Below the pieces are notes generated by a model. That model was not told the origin of the DNA. It searched no databases and saw only the letters and a list, made by a program, of their open reading frames with translations. Shown here piece by piece: positions 16,787 to 31,669 of a stretch of 64,000 bases of DNA. The stretch is from the human T2T-CHM13v2.0 reference genome, Homo sapiens: NCBI GenBank assembly GCA_009914755.4, contig CP068257.2, forward strand, positions 31,584,001-31,648,000. Direction: 5' to 3'. Every line of letters begins with the position of its first letter. The first letter of the stretch is position 1. A program made the translations under genes and the position numbers.

Positions 16787-17649
16787 ATGTTTTATCAAAG
16801 CTAAAACCCAAACTAAAATGCCATTGCTTATAAGATGCACTTTCATTTTATGTAATGAAGTAAGAAAAAACACTGTCAATCATGCTATGCCATGCCACCA
16901 GAATGAAAGCATTCTGATTTCAGAAATTCTCAAATGTTAAAAGAAAATGGGCATTTTATAATTTGTGAAATATTAGTGAGTTAGAGCAGAGCTTGACGGC
17001 ACTGGCCCTAAGGGTCCTTCTTCTTCCTTTGGAAGAATGAAACTGGGGGCTATGCAATTCAGGGAAGAATAAAGGAAAAACAGGTAATTGGCAGAGGAGG
17101 TTGGCTGACTTAGAGGTATGGAAAAGACAAAACAAAGGAGGGAAAAAGAGAGGTATGTATGATGGGGAGGAGTTCAGAGCCACTGAAAATTTTCTCTGGC
17201 CCTAACAGGAAAACGAGTTACCCCACAAGCCAGGGTTTTATCATCTGGTACGTGGAGATATCCATCAGCATTGTCATTGGTTTTCATTTGTTTGTTTTTA
17301 ATTCTCAAGTTTAAAAAAAAATTTAAAATTTAAATGTGTCTCAACCACCAGAAACTATAGTGAGATTTCTCTGTAATAAATAGGAAAGAAGGAGACTGAT
17401 CCAGTCCTTGTTAAAAAAAAAAAAAAAGAGGAAACTGAATCACAACATACTTTGCTTTTTTCTTTTCTCACAAAGGAACAGTGGGCCCTTTATGCTGGGT
17501 GAAGGTGAGTGAGATGGGGGAAGGTTCACTGGGCACCAACCTTCTGGGCTAGAGAAATTGCCCAGGCTTTACAGAACAAGCTGGAATCAGATAAAGTTGT
17601 GGAAAGGAAGTCGAGGTTTCACTCTGCCATATCAGTAGGAGGTACTAAA

Positions 17650-18700
17650 GCCAAACTAGTAGCAGCAAAGTGAACAGAAATGGTAAGGGGGAAAAATAGG
17701 AAAGGAAAGAACAACGTGGATTGCAAGACGTCTTACTAAAAACAAAGAATTACACTTGGAACAGAAGAAATTCATTACCATTGCCTTACACTGTGCAACA
17801 ACTTGATAAAAATATAAATCCAATAAAACAAACTCAAAGATGAGAAAATTGTAAACTGGAGATGAAAAGGGAGATTGCAGACCTAAAGGAAAATTGAAGA
17901 CCGTAAAAACATAGTGACAGAATAAATAAGTCAGGAGAAAGAACAGAAGCAATACTGCTGAAAATAAAAGTATTTTAATAGAAGAAAGCCCAGTAAGGAA
18001 GCCCAGTAAATTCAACTGAAAAGGGACAAAGATTAAGAAGAAAGAAGCTATTATGAAAGACAAAATACAATCAAGAATTGGGACCACTGAAGTCCCAGAT
18101 GTAGAGAAGTCAACAAATGGGACAGAAAATTCAAATAAAAATAAGTCCAAAGAAAGCTTATTGAGATGAAGAAAAAATGGTCTGTAGGCCAAAGGAACAT
18201 GCCATGTTCCAGAAAATGTCATGTGGGAATACGGAAGCACTACGATATCTTAAACTATTTAAATTCAAAGAAAAAGATTTAGGAATCTAAGAAGAAAAAG
18301 TAAAGGAGGGAAAAACAAAATCAAGCTCGCCTCAGACTTCAGTGCAGCACTAAATGCCAGACTATGATGGTTGTGAGGAAACAGTTCCAAGGGAAAGAAA
18401 CTTTTCCGAGGGGCATATTTTTTTTCCGGAAGAACAAAGGGAATTCAGCACCCATGAACCGTTTTTGGAAAAACAAAAACTTGCTGAGTAATAAAATCCA
18501 GGAAATAGCAAATTAAGAGATAAATCAAAATAAAGAACTTAAGAGTAGAGAAAGGTAAAAAGACTTGGTGAGTATTTATTCTATTTAAATATAGAAGTAA
18601 TACATCTATAGAAATTGTGGGTAAGATAGAATGCGATTGTTATTAATCTAGACAAAAATATACAGCCAAAAAAAAAAGAAGTCAGAGAGGAAGATGGAAG
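17650..18700 (+). repeat. A-rich degenerate LINE-like segment (possibly an old L1 in sense orientation); unclassified.
   Basis: The composition is strongly A-rich with L1-sense-like codon patterns. No intact ORF is present. The 194-aa minus-strand ORF here is low-complexity noise. Confidence 0.25.
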
Positions 18701-18940
18701 GAAACATGAGAATACCAATATTCTCTTCTTTCAAAGAATGGAATAGTAAATATGGTATAAAATTAAAAGATGCTATGTGAATATATAATACTGCAACTTT
18801 TAATATCTTTCATAAGTTTTATTTAAAACCTTAGAGGGATATCATAGGAAATTATACTTTCTTATGGACAAAAAAATTTAAATTTTAACAACTCCTTTGA
18901 CTTTATTTTAGTCTTTTCCCAAGTAACATTAAACAGAAAC

Positions 18941-18942
<2 letters not shown>

Positions 18943-18998
<56 letters not shown>
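18943..18998. repeat. (GT)n microsatellite, about 28 repeats.
   Basis: Uninterrupted tgtgtg... run. Confidence 0.95.
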
Positions 18999-19001
<3 letters not shown>

Positions 19002-19599
19002 ATGCATAGAAAGATCTGTGGGATTATGTTCGCCTAATATTAATGATAGTAATAGTTTTTACAGAAGAAAAAAGAAAGATGTTTGAAAAATAAGCTAGAA
19101 TCACATATGCCAAGATGTTAACAATTGTTGATGCTGGATGGTAGGAATAAGGATGAGTGTTACTTTCTTATTTGTACTTTTTCATATTTTTCTAATTTCC
19201 AGAAAAAGATATGTAATTGTTTTTGTCTAACATTTCTGAATCCACTTCATTCATTATTCATTGCCTCCTTGACAATGTGCATCAGTCTATGTCAAACAGA
19301 AGGAAAGACACAGCCATACTTTACCAGGAGACTATGAGGCAGCGAGTTCCTGGAGGGTTGTTTGTCTGTCTAGGAGGAGTTGGAATTCAAAGAATCACTT
19401 CACTCAATCCATCCATTTTATCTGGGCCTTGAAAATTGGCAGGGTTTGTCTGGTCTCAGGGTGAATAGCAGGTAGAGCTCTTCTTTCAGAATGGAGAAGG
19501 CCACAGTGTCACAGGGTGAACCTGTGACAAAATTGGGGTTCAGCCTGGGAAGCCACATGAGTTGTTGGCTTCGCACAGGATGGAATTAAAGAGCAAGCT

Positions 19600-20130
19600 G
19601 ACAGAATTAAGTGAAAGCAAGTTTATTAAGAAAGTCAAGGAATGAAAGGGTGGCTACTCCATAGGCAGAGCAGCAGCATGGGCTGCTCCACTGAGTATAC
19701 TTATGGTTATTTCTTGATCATATGCTAAACAAGTGGTGGATTATTCATAAGTTGTCTGCAAAAGGGGTGGGAGTTCTGGAACTGAGGGTTCCTCACTTTT
19801 TTCGATGATATAGGGTAACTTCTGCATGTTGCCATGGCATTTGTAAACTGTGGTGGCACTGGTGGGAGTTTCCTTTAGCATGCTAATATATTGTAATTAG
19901 CATATAATAAGCAGTGAGGACAGTTTTGTCACCATCTTGGTTTTGGCAGGCTTTGGCCAGCTTCTTTACTGCGTCCTGTCTTATCAGCAGGGTCTTTGTG
20001 ACCTCCTGTTTTATCACATAACTAAGAATGCCTAACCCCCTGGGAATGCAGCCCAGCAGGTCTCAGCCTCATTTTACCCAGCTGCTACTCAAGATGGAGT
20101 CACTCTGGTTCCAACACCTCTGACAAGAGC
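19600..20130. repeat. ERV LTR-like repeat, copy A (family tentative), homologous to 38395-38840.
   Basis: Contains gtgaaagcaagtttattaagaaagt...ggctactccataggcagagcagc...atgctaaacaagtggtggattattcat...ttgccatggcatttgtaaactg...accatcttggttttggc...gggaatgcagcccagcaggtctcagcc...ttacccagc...caagatggagt...ctctggtt...ctctgaca. The same blocks recur in copy B. Confidence 0.45.
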
Positions 20131-20419
20131 AGGGGGTGACCTGTCACCTGGGGCTCAGCAGGACAATAACTCTAGGAAAAACTGGAAAGGCTGATAGCCT
20201 TGAATTTAACCTAAGGAGCTTGGTGCATTGTCAGGCAACAGTGAGCTACAGACTGAGCTCACTACATAATTCACAGGGCCCACCCAGAGCCAAATAAAAA
20301 TGCCTGAGAAAGTACCACTAAAGGTACTAAAATATAAAGCCTTTTCTTCCACAGTCTCTCTCTCTCAACACGTAATGTTTTTTTGTTTGCTATTTAATAT
20401 CATTCTAAGTAAAAAAATA

Positions 20420-20736
20420 GGCCGGGCATGGTGGCTAACGCCTGTAATCCCAGCACTTTGGGAGGCCAAGTCAGGTGGATCATGAGGTCAGGAGATCGAG
20501 ACCATCCTGGCTAACACTGTGAAACCCCGTCTCTACTAAAAATACAAAAAATTAGCTGGGTGTGGTGGCGGGCGCCTGTAGTCCCAGCTACTCTGGAGGC
20601 TGAGGCAGGAGAATGGAGTGAACTCGGAAGGCGGAGCTTGCAGTGAGCCAAAGTTTGCGCCACTGCACTCCAGCCTGGGGGACAGAGTGAGACTCTGTCT
20701 CAAAAAATAAAATAAAATAAAAAATAAAAATAAAAA
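20420..20736 (+). mobile_element. Alu (sense), AluY-like.
   Basis: ggccgggcatggtggctaacgcctgtaatcccagcactttgggaggccaag...tctcaaaaaataaaataaaataaaaaataaaaataaaaa. Confidence 0.9.
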
Positions 20737-21850
20737 CTTGAATTATTAGCATGAATATTGCAGTTCTTTATATTATGCAAAACCAGATTTAAATAAGAGC
20801 ATTTAATTCATATATGGAATTGCCAAGTTATACCATTAGTACTTTACAGCACATCTTGGGAGGTTCCCTTGAACTAGCCAGAAGAAGCAAACTGAAGCCA
20901 GACAGAGGAAGATTGCAAAGAGGAAGAGAGGGTCTCCACCAGGCACAGAGCCACCCAAGGGAGCCCTCCCTCAGGCTCAGGGATACCGAGGGAGCCAGAG
21001 CAGATTCACACAGGTCCCTGGGGCCCCTCTGCCCTGGTGACTCTAGGATGCATGTACTTGCACCTGACTTCTAGGCATCCCCCTCCTGCTAGCTTCCCCT
21101 CGATCCAGCCTGGGGCAGGCTCTGTGGAAGTCAAGCCTTGCATCTCCCTTTCCCAAGCACCTACCATCCTAACCCACAGTGTAGTGGCCACGTCCAAGGG
21201 TCTTTACGTCTCTGCCTCAGATATGCTAGGTACCTGGGTCAAGAGTGACCCAGAGACTCATCCCTGCCAGACCCAACCTCCAGCCAGTCACCCTCTGACT
21301 CAGTCCATGGGGCGAGGCTGGAGTGCTGGCCCTGACCTCTCCAGCATCTGCACCAGGAGGGCTTCAGCGGAATGTGGTCCCAGTTGATGCCCCATGCCAA
21401 CAGTAGCAGCAGCAGTTGTTAGGCATAGAGATTGAAGCCAGACAGGGCCTGGGATTCCTCTGCTGGGAGCCTAAACTGCAGGAGATGGGGAAGGATCCAA
21501 GTGTGAGCTGGGGCTCCTAGCACAAAACTCACATTGAAAGATAAAATGGTTAAGAATTTCAGGATAGCCACAGGAGAACCTCAAGCCAAGTGTAGGATCC
21601 TTCTAGCTGCAGGGCCTGGGGGTACTGAGACTAGCCCTGTTGACAGGAGCCATGCTTTAGGAAGACTGATCTATTTGTAGTCAGCAAGAGTTTTAAGGAG
21701 CTCCATTAACAATTTAGGCACGATGCCAAGATGGGATATTATATTTTCCAAGCAAGAAGAATCTGGTAATCAGGCATATGGTTCCAAGTGAAGTATAAGT
21801 CACCAGAAAGCAAGGAAGGAAGCCATCCCCTGGCCCAGAGGGGGAGAATG

Positions 21851-21852
<2 letters not shown>

Positions 21853-21892
<40 letters not shown>
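21853..21892. repeat. (GT)n microsatellite, about 20 repeats.
   Basis: Uninterrupted gtgtgt... run. Confidence 0.95.
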
Positions 21893-21897
<5 letters not shown>

Positions 21898-22012
21898 CGG
21901 CTGCTGAAGAGACTGAGTGTTCCTGCAGATATATAACAAAGATGAAGATGTGCCACCGTTGGAGACAAATGGGGACCAGAGGCCACATGTCAGAGGTCAG
22001 GTGAGGTGTTCA

Positions 22013-22438
<426 letters not shown>

Positions 22439-23639
22439 TCAGCAGATGTTTCTCAATGGGTACAGTATTATGGGATTAGTTCCAGGCAGTCGTGCTTGGA
22501 TATCTCATGGGTGGTGGAGTCTGTAGCAAGGCTGGAAATTTTGACTTGGAATCACTTGGATTTCTCTAAGAGAATACCCCAGGTTGGATGTGTTACTGTG
22601 GCAGCAGAGAAGACTTAAAAATTACATTGTTTTTAGCTTGAACTTCGTCTTGTGAAGTCCTAATTAGGGAAGAGGAGTCAGGCTGGGGGTCTAGGGGAAA
22701 GCAAAGAGATAAAGCAGATAAGCCATAGGTCTACCTTGCTTCATGGTCCAGGACATACAAACAAAAAGAAGAAGCAGATAAGCTATAGGTCTGCCTTTCT
22801 TTATGGCCCAGGACATACGACCCTCCTGCACACATAACTCACAATCTTCCTGCGTATCATCAAATGCTTCAACTTATCATCAAACATCTCGGCTGACCGA
22901 AAAATGCAAGTTAGCTCCCTGCTACCTTGGCGTTGTCAGTCCTCCACATAGCACTCTTCAGCTCAAATTGCATTTTATAAAATCCCCAGCAAGCCTTTGT
23001 CTCCTGGCAGTCAACTCGTCTCTTACTGACCTGCCCATTGCTCCCTTGCAATGTATTTTCCTACTTTCTCTAATAAATCTGCCTTTCTTGACCTAAACTG
23101 TCATGGTAAATTCTTCTTACTCCTATGTCACCAGCCACAGACAGTCGCCACAAGCCATGACAAGTCTGCGATTTCATGGTCTTTTTTTATTTTGATGATA
23201 TTTCCCCAGTGTTTGGGGGACAGAAGAATGCCCACAATCTATAGGTCTTAGTCACATGGATGGGGACAGAATATCTGAGAGAGAGAGAAGGAACAAGATC
23301 TACTGGGGCTCCTTAAAATTCTTCTTGAAGAACTCCTTTCTCACCTTGGAGTAGGGAAGACTTTCTGATTATGACTCAAAATTTAGAAGCTAAGAAAGAA
23401 AATACCTTTAAATCTGAAAACATAAAACTCAAAAACTTCTGGGTGTTTTTTTGGGGGGGTTGTTTTTTTTTAAACAGCACAAGCAACTCAAAGGGCAAGT
23501 GACAAACTGGGGAGAGAAGAAAAAGATGTGACTCATATCACAGTTTCCCTTCTACTTAAAAAAAAAAAAACTGCAAACCAGTAAGAAAATAGCAACAGCT
23601 CAACAGAAAAATTGCCAAAGGCACGAACAGTTAATGAGA

Positions 23640-23880
23640 AGGAGATGCAAATCGCTCTTAAACCTATGAAAAGATGAAGGTGTTCCATCACAAAGAGTAA
23701 GAGAAATACAAATTAATATTAATGTGAAAGACAACTTTTCATTTATGAATTTGAGAAAAATCCAAGAACTTGATGATATACCTCTAAGAAGCAACGGTAG
23801 GGAAACGAAAATTCTCACACATTGCAGGTGGTTATGTAAATTGGTATAGCCCCGCGGGTGGTCAGTGTGACAGTTTCTAT
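23640..23880 (+). repeat. Short L1M 3'-end-like fragment.
   Basis: Several short motifs resemble the L1 3' region: agagaaatacaaattaa, cacattgcaggtgg and atgtaaattggtatagcc. Confidence 0.3.
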
Positions 23881-24189
23881 CCAAATTACAGATGCATAGT
23901 TTCATTGCCAGGTCTCTTCTGTCTGCTTCTTCAGACCCACCCTCCCCTCTCCCCACTGTTTAGTTGGCCCAGGACCCTGTCTGGTAAGGATACAACTCCA
24001 GGCCCCTTGCCCTATGGCTTCTGGTTGTGTTCAGCCGATGGGGAGCCGCAAATAAGAGAAGGAAGGGACACTGTGAGTGATATTTATCCCTCAGCTTCCT
24101 GCCTGCACTGTCCTCTTGGTCTGGCTGTGTCCAGTGGTCTCATGTCATAGCTGCTCATACAGGAGTTTCTCCTTACAAATTGCAATGTT

Positions 24190-24900
24190 GGCTTCTCTTC
24201 CCCCTCCGGCCCAGAGTGATTACAGCCATCAATGTTGTGAGCTACAGGTTCTATACCCTCCCTTCTGCAGGCCCAGAATGGTAACAGCCCTCAATGTTGT
24301 GAGCTGCAGGTTCTGTACTCTCCCTCCTGGGGCCCAGAGTGGTCACAGCCCTCAATGTTGTGAGCTACAGGTTCTATACTCTCCTTTCTGCAGGCCCAGA
24401 GTGGTGACAGCCCTCAATGTTGTGAGCTACAGCTCTCAATGTTGTGAGCTACAGGTTCTATACCCTCCGTTCTGCAGACCCAGAATGTTACAGCCCTCAA
24501 TGTTGTGATCTGCAGGTTCTGTACTCTCCCTCCTGGGGCCCAGAGTGGTCACAGCCCTCAATGTTGTGAGCTACAGGTTCTATATTCTCCCTTCTGCAGG
24601 CCCAGAGTGGTCACAGCCCTCAATGTTGTGAGCTACAGGTTCTATATTCTCCCTTCTGCAGGCCCAGAGTGGTCACAGCCCTCAATGTTGTGAGCTACAG
24701 GTTCTATATTCTCCCTTCTGCAGGCCCAGAGTGGTCACAGCCCTCAATGTTGTGAGCTACAGGTTCTATATTCTCCCTTCTGCAGGCCCAGAGTGGTCAC
24801 AGCCCTCAATGTTGTGAGCTACAGGTTCTGGAGTCTCCCTTCTGGACCCCAGAGTGGTCACAGGCCTCAATGTTGTGAGCTGCAGATTCTATACTCTCCC
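24190..24900. repeat. Minisatellite/VNTR in IFNAR2 intron 1. It has a 62-bp unit (ggcccagagtggtcacagccctcaatgttgtgagctacaggttctatattctcccttctgca) in about 11 copies. Proximal copies are diverged; copies at about 24540-24840 are near-identical.
   Basis: Exact 62-nt periodicity is visible in the sequence. The overlapping ORFs 24077-24508 and 24505-24693 are repetitive translation artifacts. Confidence 0.85.
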
Positions 24901-25317
24901 TTCTGGTTTGCCTACAGCCCTCTCACACATTTGTAAATATAGTCCTGCAACCCCTAATGATGTCTTGGGCAAAGATGGACCTTTTATATGACGATAGCCC
25001 CATAAGATTATACCATATTTCTACTGTACCTTTTCTGTGTCTAAATATGTTCAGATACACAAATGCCACTGTGTTGCAACTGCTTACAGTATTCAGCACA
25101 GTACCATGCTGCACAGATTTATAGCCTAGGAACAATAGTCTATACCATATAACCTAGATGTGTAGTTGGCTATGCTATCTAGGTTTGTCTAAGTATACTC
25201 TGATGTTCATACAACAAAATAGCCTAACAATGAATTTCTCAGAACACAGCACTGTTCACAGTTGCAAAGATATGGAATCAACCTAAGTATCCATCAACAA
25301 ATGATTGGATAAAGAAA

Positions 25318-25611
25318 ATGTGGCTAGGTGTGGTGCTCACATCTGTAATCCCAGCACTTTGGGAGGCCAAGGCGAGAATCCAGGAGTTTGAGATCAGCCT
25401 GGGCAACATAGTGAGACCCTATCTCTACAAAAAAAAGGTTTTTTTAATTAGCCGGTGTGTGATGACACATACCTGTAGTCTCAGCTACTTAGGGGGACAG
25501 GTGGGAGGATTGCTTGAGCCTGGGAGGTTGAGGCTGCAGTGAGCCATGATTGCACCACTGCACTCCAGGCTAGGCAACACAGCAAGACCCTGTCTCAAAA
25601 AAAAAAAAAAA
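25318..25611 (+). mobile_element. Alu (sense), AluJ-like.
   Basis: gtggctaggtgtggtgctcacatctgtaatcccagcactttgggaggccaagg...ggcaacacagcaagaccctgtctcaaaaaaaaaaaaaaa. Confidence 0.85.
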
Positions 25612-26704
25612 GTTACATATATAACACACAGTATATTCAGCCATAAAAAAGAATGAAATCGTGTTTTTGCAGCAACATGGATGGAACTGGAGGCCATTAT
25701 CTTAAGAGAAACAACTCAGAAACAGTCAATACCACATGTTCTTATAAGTGGGAGCTATTAATAAAAAATGTGCACACGTTGACATATATATAATGTGGAA
25801 TGATAGTCATTACTGACTGAGAAGGGTGGATTGGGTGTGGGGAGTTAAGGAATGAGAAATTACTTAATGGGTATAATGTATACTATTCAGGTGATGGATA
25901 CACTAAAAGCCCAAATTTCACCACTATGCAATATATCTATCTAACAAAACTGCACTTGTACCCCTTAAATTTATTTTTTTAAAAAGCGTGTATCCTAATT
26001 TGAATGAGCTGTTTCTTGCCAGAACCCTAACTGATATGTCCTTTGTCTAGCAATTCTACTTCTGGAAATTTTCCCACACTTAAACTGGCACATGTGCAAA
26101 ATGAAAGAGATTTCCTTGCAGAAGAGACTGGAAATAATTCAAATGTCTATAGTAGGGGTACTAATTATATAAATAATGGTGTGTCTATAGAGTAGAACTG
26201 TATCCAGCTATTTAAAAAACAAGGATAGAAAGATCTTCCAAACATATTTTTAAGTGGAAAAAGCAGGGTGGAACAGGGACTATACATGCTATCTCTTGTC
26301 TAAAAGATGGGGAAATTAGGAATATGTATTTGTTTTTGCTTATGCATGAAGATACTCTGAAGGATTCACAAAAGAAAAAAAAGTTTTCTAAAGGGAGCAA
26401 GACTTTTCACAATTTTTTTTTTGAATGCTTAAAATTGTTGAACCCAACGACTGTTGCCTGTTCAAAAGTTAAATTTAAAATTCCTCCCAGACTAGGTAGG
26501 GGATTGGGCCCAGAAGCTGAGACCAGGCTCACTTGAATAAATGGGGTAAATGACTAGGAATTTTACTATTCCTTACAGGTCTCTCATTATCTTGTCTTTG
26601 CTCCCATTTTTATATTTGCAGTTTAATTAGACACTTCAGAATTTTGATCACCTAATGTTGATTTCAGATGTAAAAGTCAAGAGAAGACTCTAAAAATAGC
26701 AAAG

Positions 26705-26759
26705 ATGCTTTTGAGCCAGAATGCCTTCATCGTCAGATCACTTAATTTGGTTCTCATGG
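26705..26759 (+). CDS. IFNAR2: IFNAR2 exon 2 coding part (exon about 26622-26759). ATG at 26705 encodes the signal-peptide start MLLSQNAFIFRSLNLVLM, followed by a split Val codon.
   Basis: The translation matches the IFNAR2 N-terminus exactly. An acceptor ag sits at 26620-26621 and a donor GTAAGT at 26760. Confidence 0.9.
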
Positions 26760-27236
26760 GTAAGTGCTGCTTTTTATCTTAGCTCTTATAGAAGCAAGCT
26801 GTGATGCCATCCTCACTGAGAGCACTGGCAGGAAGTCGCAAACTCATTTCCCTGACTAGAGGACCCAGTACCACCCTGCCTAGTGTCAGGAGTTAAGTGG
26901 AAAGCAAATAGGAAACCTACACTAGTAGTTTAGATTCAATGTAGATTCCTGTCCTGTTGTTAATTTTAGGAAAACAAATGAGTGACTTAAGGCAATAATA
27001 ATCAGGACTATCCTCGCCATAATTTGAAGAGTAATTTCTCCTAACACGCTTTCTTCCTCCCCAATCTTTGATAAATGTCTTTTACCTCTAAAGTTGATTA
27101 ATTAGCAACATGCTTATTCATATTCTGTGAATATTTCTAGGATGGACAATTGCCTCTGAGGACATTCCCTCAGCCAGCCCAAGTACTTAAACAAAAACAA
27201 GGAAATTCTTTGATGTTAAAGATCTCGTGTGTGTCC

Positions 27237-27866
<630 letters not shown>

Positions 27867-28171
27867 ATTTTTTTTTTTTTTAGACAGAGTCTCCCTCTGT
27901 CACCCAGGCTGGAATGCAGTGAGCGATCTCACCTCACTGCAGCCTCCGCCTCCTGGGTTCGCGCTATTCTCCTGCCTTAGCCTCCCAAGTAGTTGGGACT
28001 GCAGGTGTGCACCACCACACCCAGCTAATTTTTTGTATTTTTAGTAGAGACAGGGTTTTGCCGTGTTGGCCAGGCTGATCTCGAATCCTGACCTTGTGTG
28101 ATCCACCCACCTCGGCCTCCCAAAGTGCTGGGATTACAGACGTGAGCCACGACGCCCGGCCCCAGATATAT
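27867..28171 (-). mobile_element. Alu (antisense), directly abutting the previous Alu.
   Basis: Poly-T, then ...agacagagtctccctctgtcacccaggctggaatgcagtgagcgatc...gggattacagacgtgagccacgacgcccggcc. Confidence 0.9.
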
Positions 28172-28451
28172 TTTTAAGTGGAAAAAGCAGGGCAGAACAG
28201 GGACCGTACATATTGTTGTTAGTGTCAGCTCCCAAATGGATCTTATTTTATCTCAGATCACAGTCCTTGCACCATGTGCTGCTGGCACCAATGTAGAGTA
28301 AAAACCATCTATGTGGGCATTTTTTTGGCACAAGAAAAATCTCAATCTGATACCAATAAATGTGTGTTAAAGAATGTCAGACTTAGAGTAATCATTGCAA
28401 GTTGAGCCCAGATAAAACTATTGCCTCTCTAATGTGTTTTCTTCCTTCTAG

Positions 28452-28493
28452 TGTATATCAGCCTCGTGTTTGGTATTTCATATGATTCGCCTG
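28452..28493 (+). CDS. IFNAR2: IFNAR2 exon 3, encoding (V)YISLVFGISYDSP(D).
   Basis: An acceptor tag sits at 28449-28451 and a donor GTAAGA at 28494. The frame continues the exon-2 split codon (G+TG=Val). Confidence 0.9.
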
Positions 28494-29374
28494 GTAAGAG
28501 ATGTTTTTTGGCTTCACTAAATTTTGTATAAGAGTGAAAGTGTTGGGGCAACCATTCAGAGGTATAAAATGTGGGAGATTTGATTTCTGATTGTACATCT
28601 GTTGCCTGTTTTATTGGGATTCTTTCTCTGTAAAAGGAGCTAAAATGAGCTAACTCTGGTTTTTTGAGAGATACAAAACTAGTCTAAGAAATGAACACTA
28701 GAGATCATTTTTAAACTTCTTTAAAGAATATTCAAACTCTTAATAATCTCACTAATAAAAGAATGAGGAGACACAGACTGTGCCAAATAAAAAATGGCCC
28801 AGAAATATTTACTCTTTAATTTACATTCTTCCACCCTGATGATTCCAGACAAAGGACAATAATTTTTTTTTAACTAAACTTCTTCCTACGTATATAAATC
28901 TGTCCACAAAACTTCACTAAGTATTAAATATGTGTCCAACCTTGTGCTAAGTGTTGGTTGGGGGTGAAGAGTTGGCAGTTGAGAAACAAAGGCCTGAGTC
29001 CTAACCACAGGAAACTTCGGTGATCTTTAAAAATTTAACCGTATAAGGCAGAATTTGGCAAGTCTGGCTTTAATGTCTCATTTATCACTGCCACTTCCCA
29101 CCTACATGACATTGTATAATTCAACTCAGTTTCACAGTCTGTAAAATGAATCTTTTCATAGTGCCTACTTCAGCATTGTTGTGGGGCTTAAATGCTTAGA
29201 AAGGGCCAGTCTGGGCTCATGTTATACTCCCCTGCTCTCTGTGATCCAGGGAATAAGTGAGCTGGGGAATCCAGAGGAAGGAAAATTTGCAGCGGGCTGA
29301 GCTACTTAAGGAGGACTTCATGGAGGAGCTGGGAGCAGAGTTGAGAGAACGGCTTGGGGAGGGAGAATGGGTAG

Positions 29375-29860
<486 letters not shown>

Positions 29861-29894
29861 TGATATTTCATTTTCTCTTGGTAAACATATTATT

Positions 29895-29990
29895 GTTCTG
29901 TTATATGGGGAGAGGTGATCTTTTCTCTCTCTCTGTCTCTCCCTCTCCCTTTTCCTATCTACCTCTCCTTCTCTCTGCGTTTCTTATTCA
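29895..29990. repeat. CT-rich polypyrimidine tract, about 40 bp downstream of the IFNAR2 exon 4 donor.
   Basis: ttttctctctctctgtctctccctctcccttttcctatctacctctccttctctctgcg. Confidence 0.9.
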
Positions 29991-30799
29991 GAGCCTTAAA
30001 AAGCCAAAGACAAAACACCATCACACATCCATTTTTAATTCAGTTGAATACTTTAATAATCCAAATCTATTTTGACAAAGCTTGTATGTGTCATCAAAGC
30101 CAATTTCTACAGGTCAGAACCTCACATACAAAATAATTCTTGTGTATGGGTTAGGCAATGATTTCTCTAATTCAGTCAGTCTGAATGTTTAAAAGTCCTG
30201 TTATCTGAGGACAGGAATCCAAAGGTCTATTGACCATATTGATGGTTTATGTTCACTTTTCTTTACTCTGGTGGGACACCAGAAAGCTGCCTGGCCTAGT
30301 CTGGGACAGGCCTGGGTCCATAGTCTGGTTTGGTCACTAACCAGCTTGACACTTGGCACGGACCTCAGCCCCTAAGCTAATGCCTCTGCTGAGGGGTTGC
30401 TGCAAGGATTCGTGACATAATGGATGGAGTCCTGCTTGTCTTTTGTCTTCCCACACCTACCAATCGCCCTTAGAAGTCATTGCTTTGATCCAGCAGCCCC
30501 TTGGAGTGTCCTTTTGTTGGTTATTTATTTGGCCTAGAGCTGCTGCTGCTACTGCTTATTGACTGAGCCAGTGGGAGACCTCTTGTGAGTTTCTCTTCGG
30601 TGCCTGCTAAAAAGTTTTTCTCTGCATTGAGTGGTCACATGTATCATCCAACTAACTGAAGCTTGGTAGATGAGATATCTGCATTGTCCCTGAAATAGCC
30701 CAGGTCTGACTTAGGACTGGATCATCTAGTCTTAGCCAGAGAGGGAGGGGGTCTCAGGGAAGGCATTCATAATTGTCCCATAGAGGGAGGGAGATCTGA

Positions 30800-31161
<362 letters not shown>

Positions 31162-31496
31162 TTACTGAGCACCTACTACATGCCAGGGGGTCCAACTGTG
31201 AACCAAAGTCCCTGCCCTCCTGGAGCAGACATTATGTAAATGGAGACATCAGTAAACAAAGGTATAATGTGACAGGTGTGGGTAAATGCTACAATCAAGA
31301 AAAGAGAGGGATTGAAAGTGCAGGGGTGGGGAGGGCATAAGATGTTCCATTTTCAATAAGATGGTTGGGGAAGATCACTTAATACAATGATATTTGGGCA
31401 GAGCCCTAAAGGAAACAATGAAGTAAGGCGCCCAAAAATAGACTCTCATTACATCAATGCTAACAATTTCCTTTTTCCATTTTTTTCTTTCCAAAG

Positions 31497-31669
31497 TAAA
31501 CCAGAAGATTTGAAGGTGGTTAAGAACTGTGCAAATACCACAAGATCATTTTGTGACCTCACAGATGAGTGGAGAAGCACACACGAGGCCTATGTCACCG
31601 TCCTAGAAGGATTCAGCGGGAACACAACGTTGTTCAGTTGCTCACACAATTTCTGGCTGGCCATAGACA
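31497..31669 (+). CDS. IFNAR2: IFNAR2 exon 5, encoding (S)[57 protein letters not shown](M).
   Basis: The translation matches exactly. An acceptor ag sits at 31495-31496 and a donor GTGAGT at 31670. Confidence 0.92.

Noticed and set aside
17656-18240. 194-aa minus-strand ORF.
   Set aside because: It is the reverse strand of an A-rich LINE-like tract. The peptide is F/L-rich low complexity with no domain-like features, and it lies in IFNAR2 intron 1.
24077-24693. ORFs of 143 and 62 aa with internally repetitive peptide sequence.
   Set aside because: They are translations of the 62-bp minisatellite. The repeating peptide reflects the DNA periodicity, not a protein.
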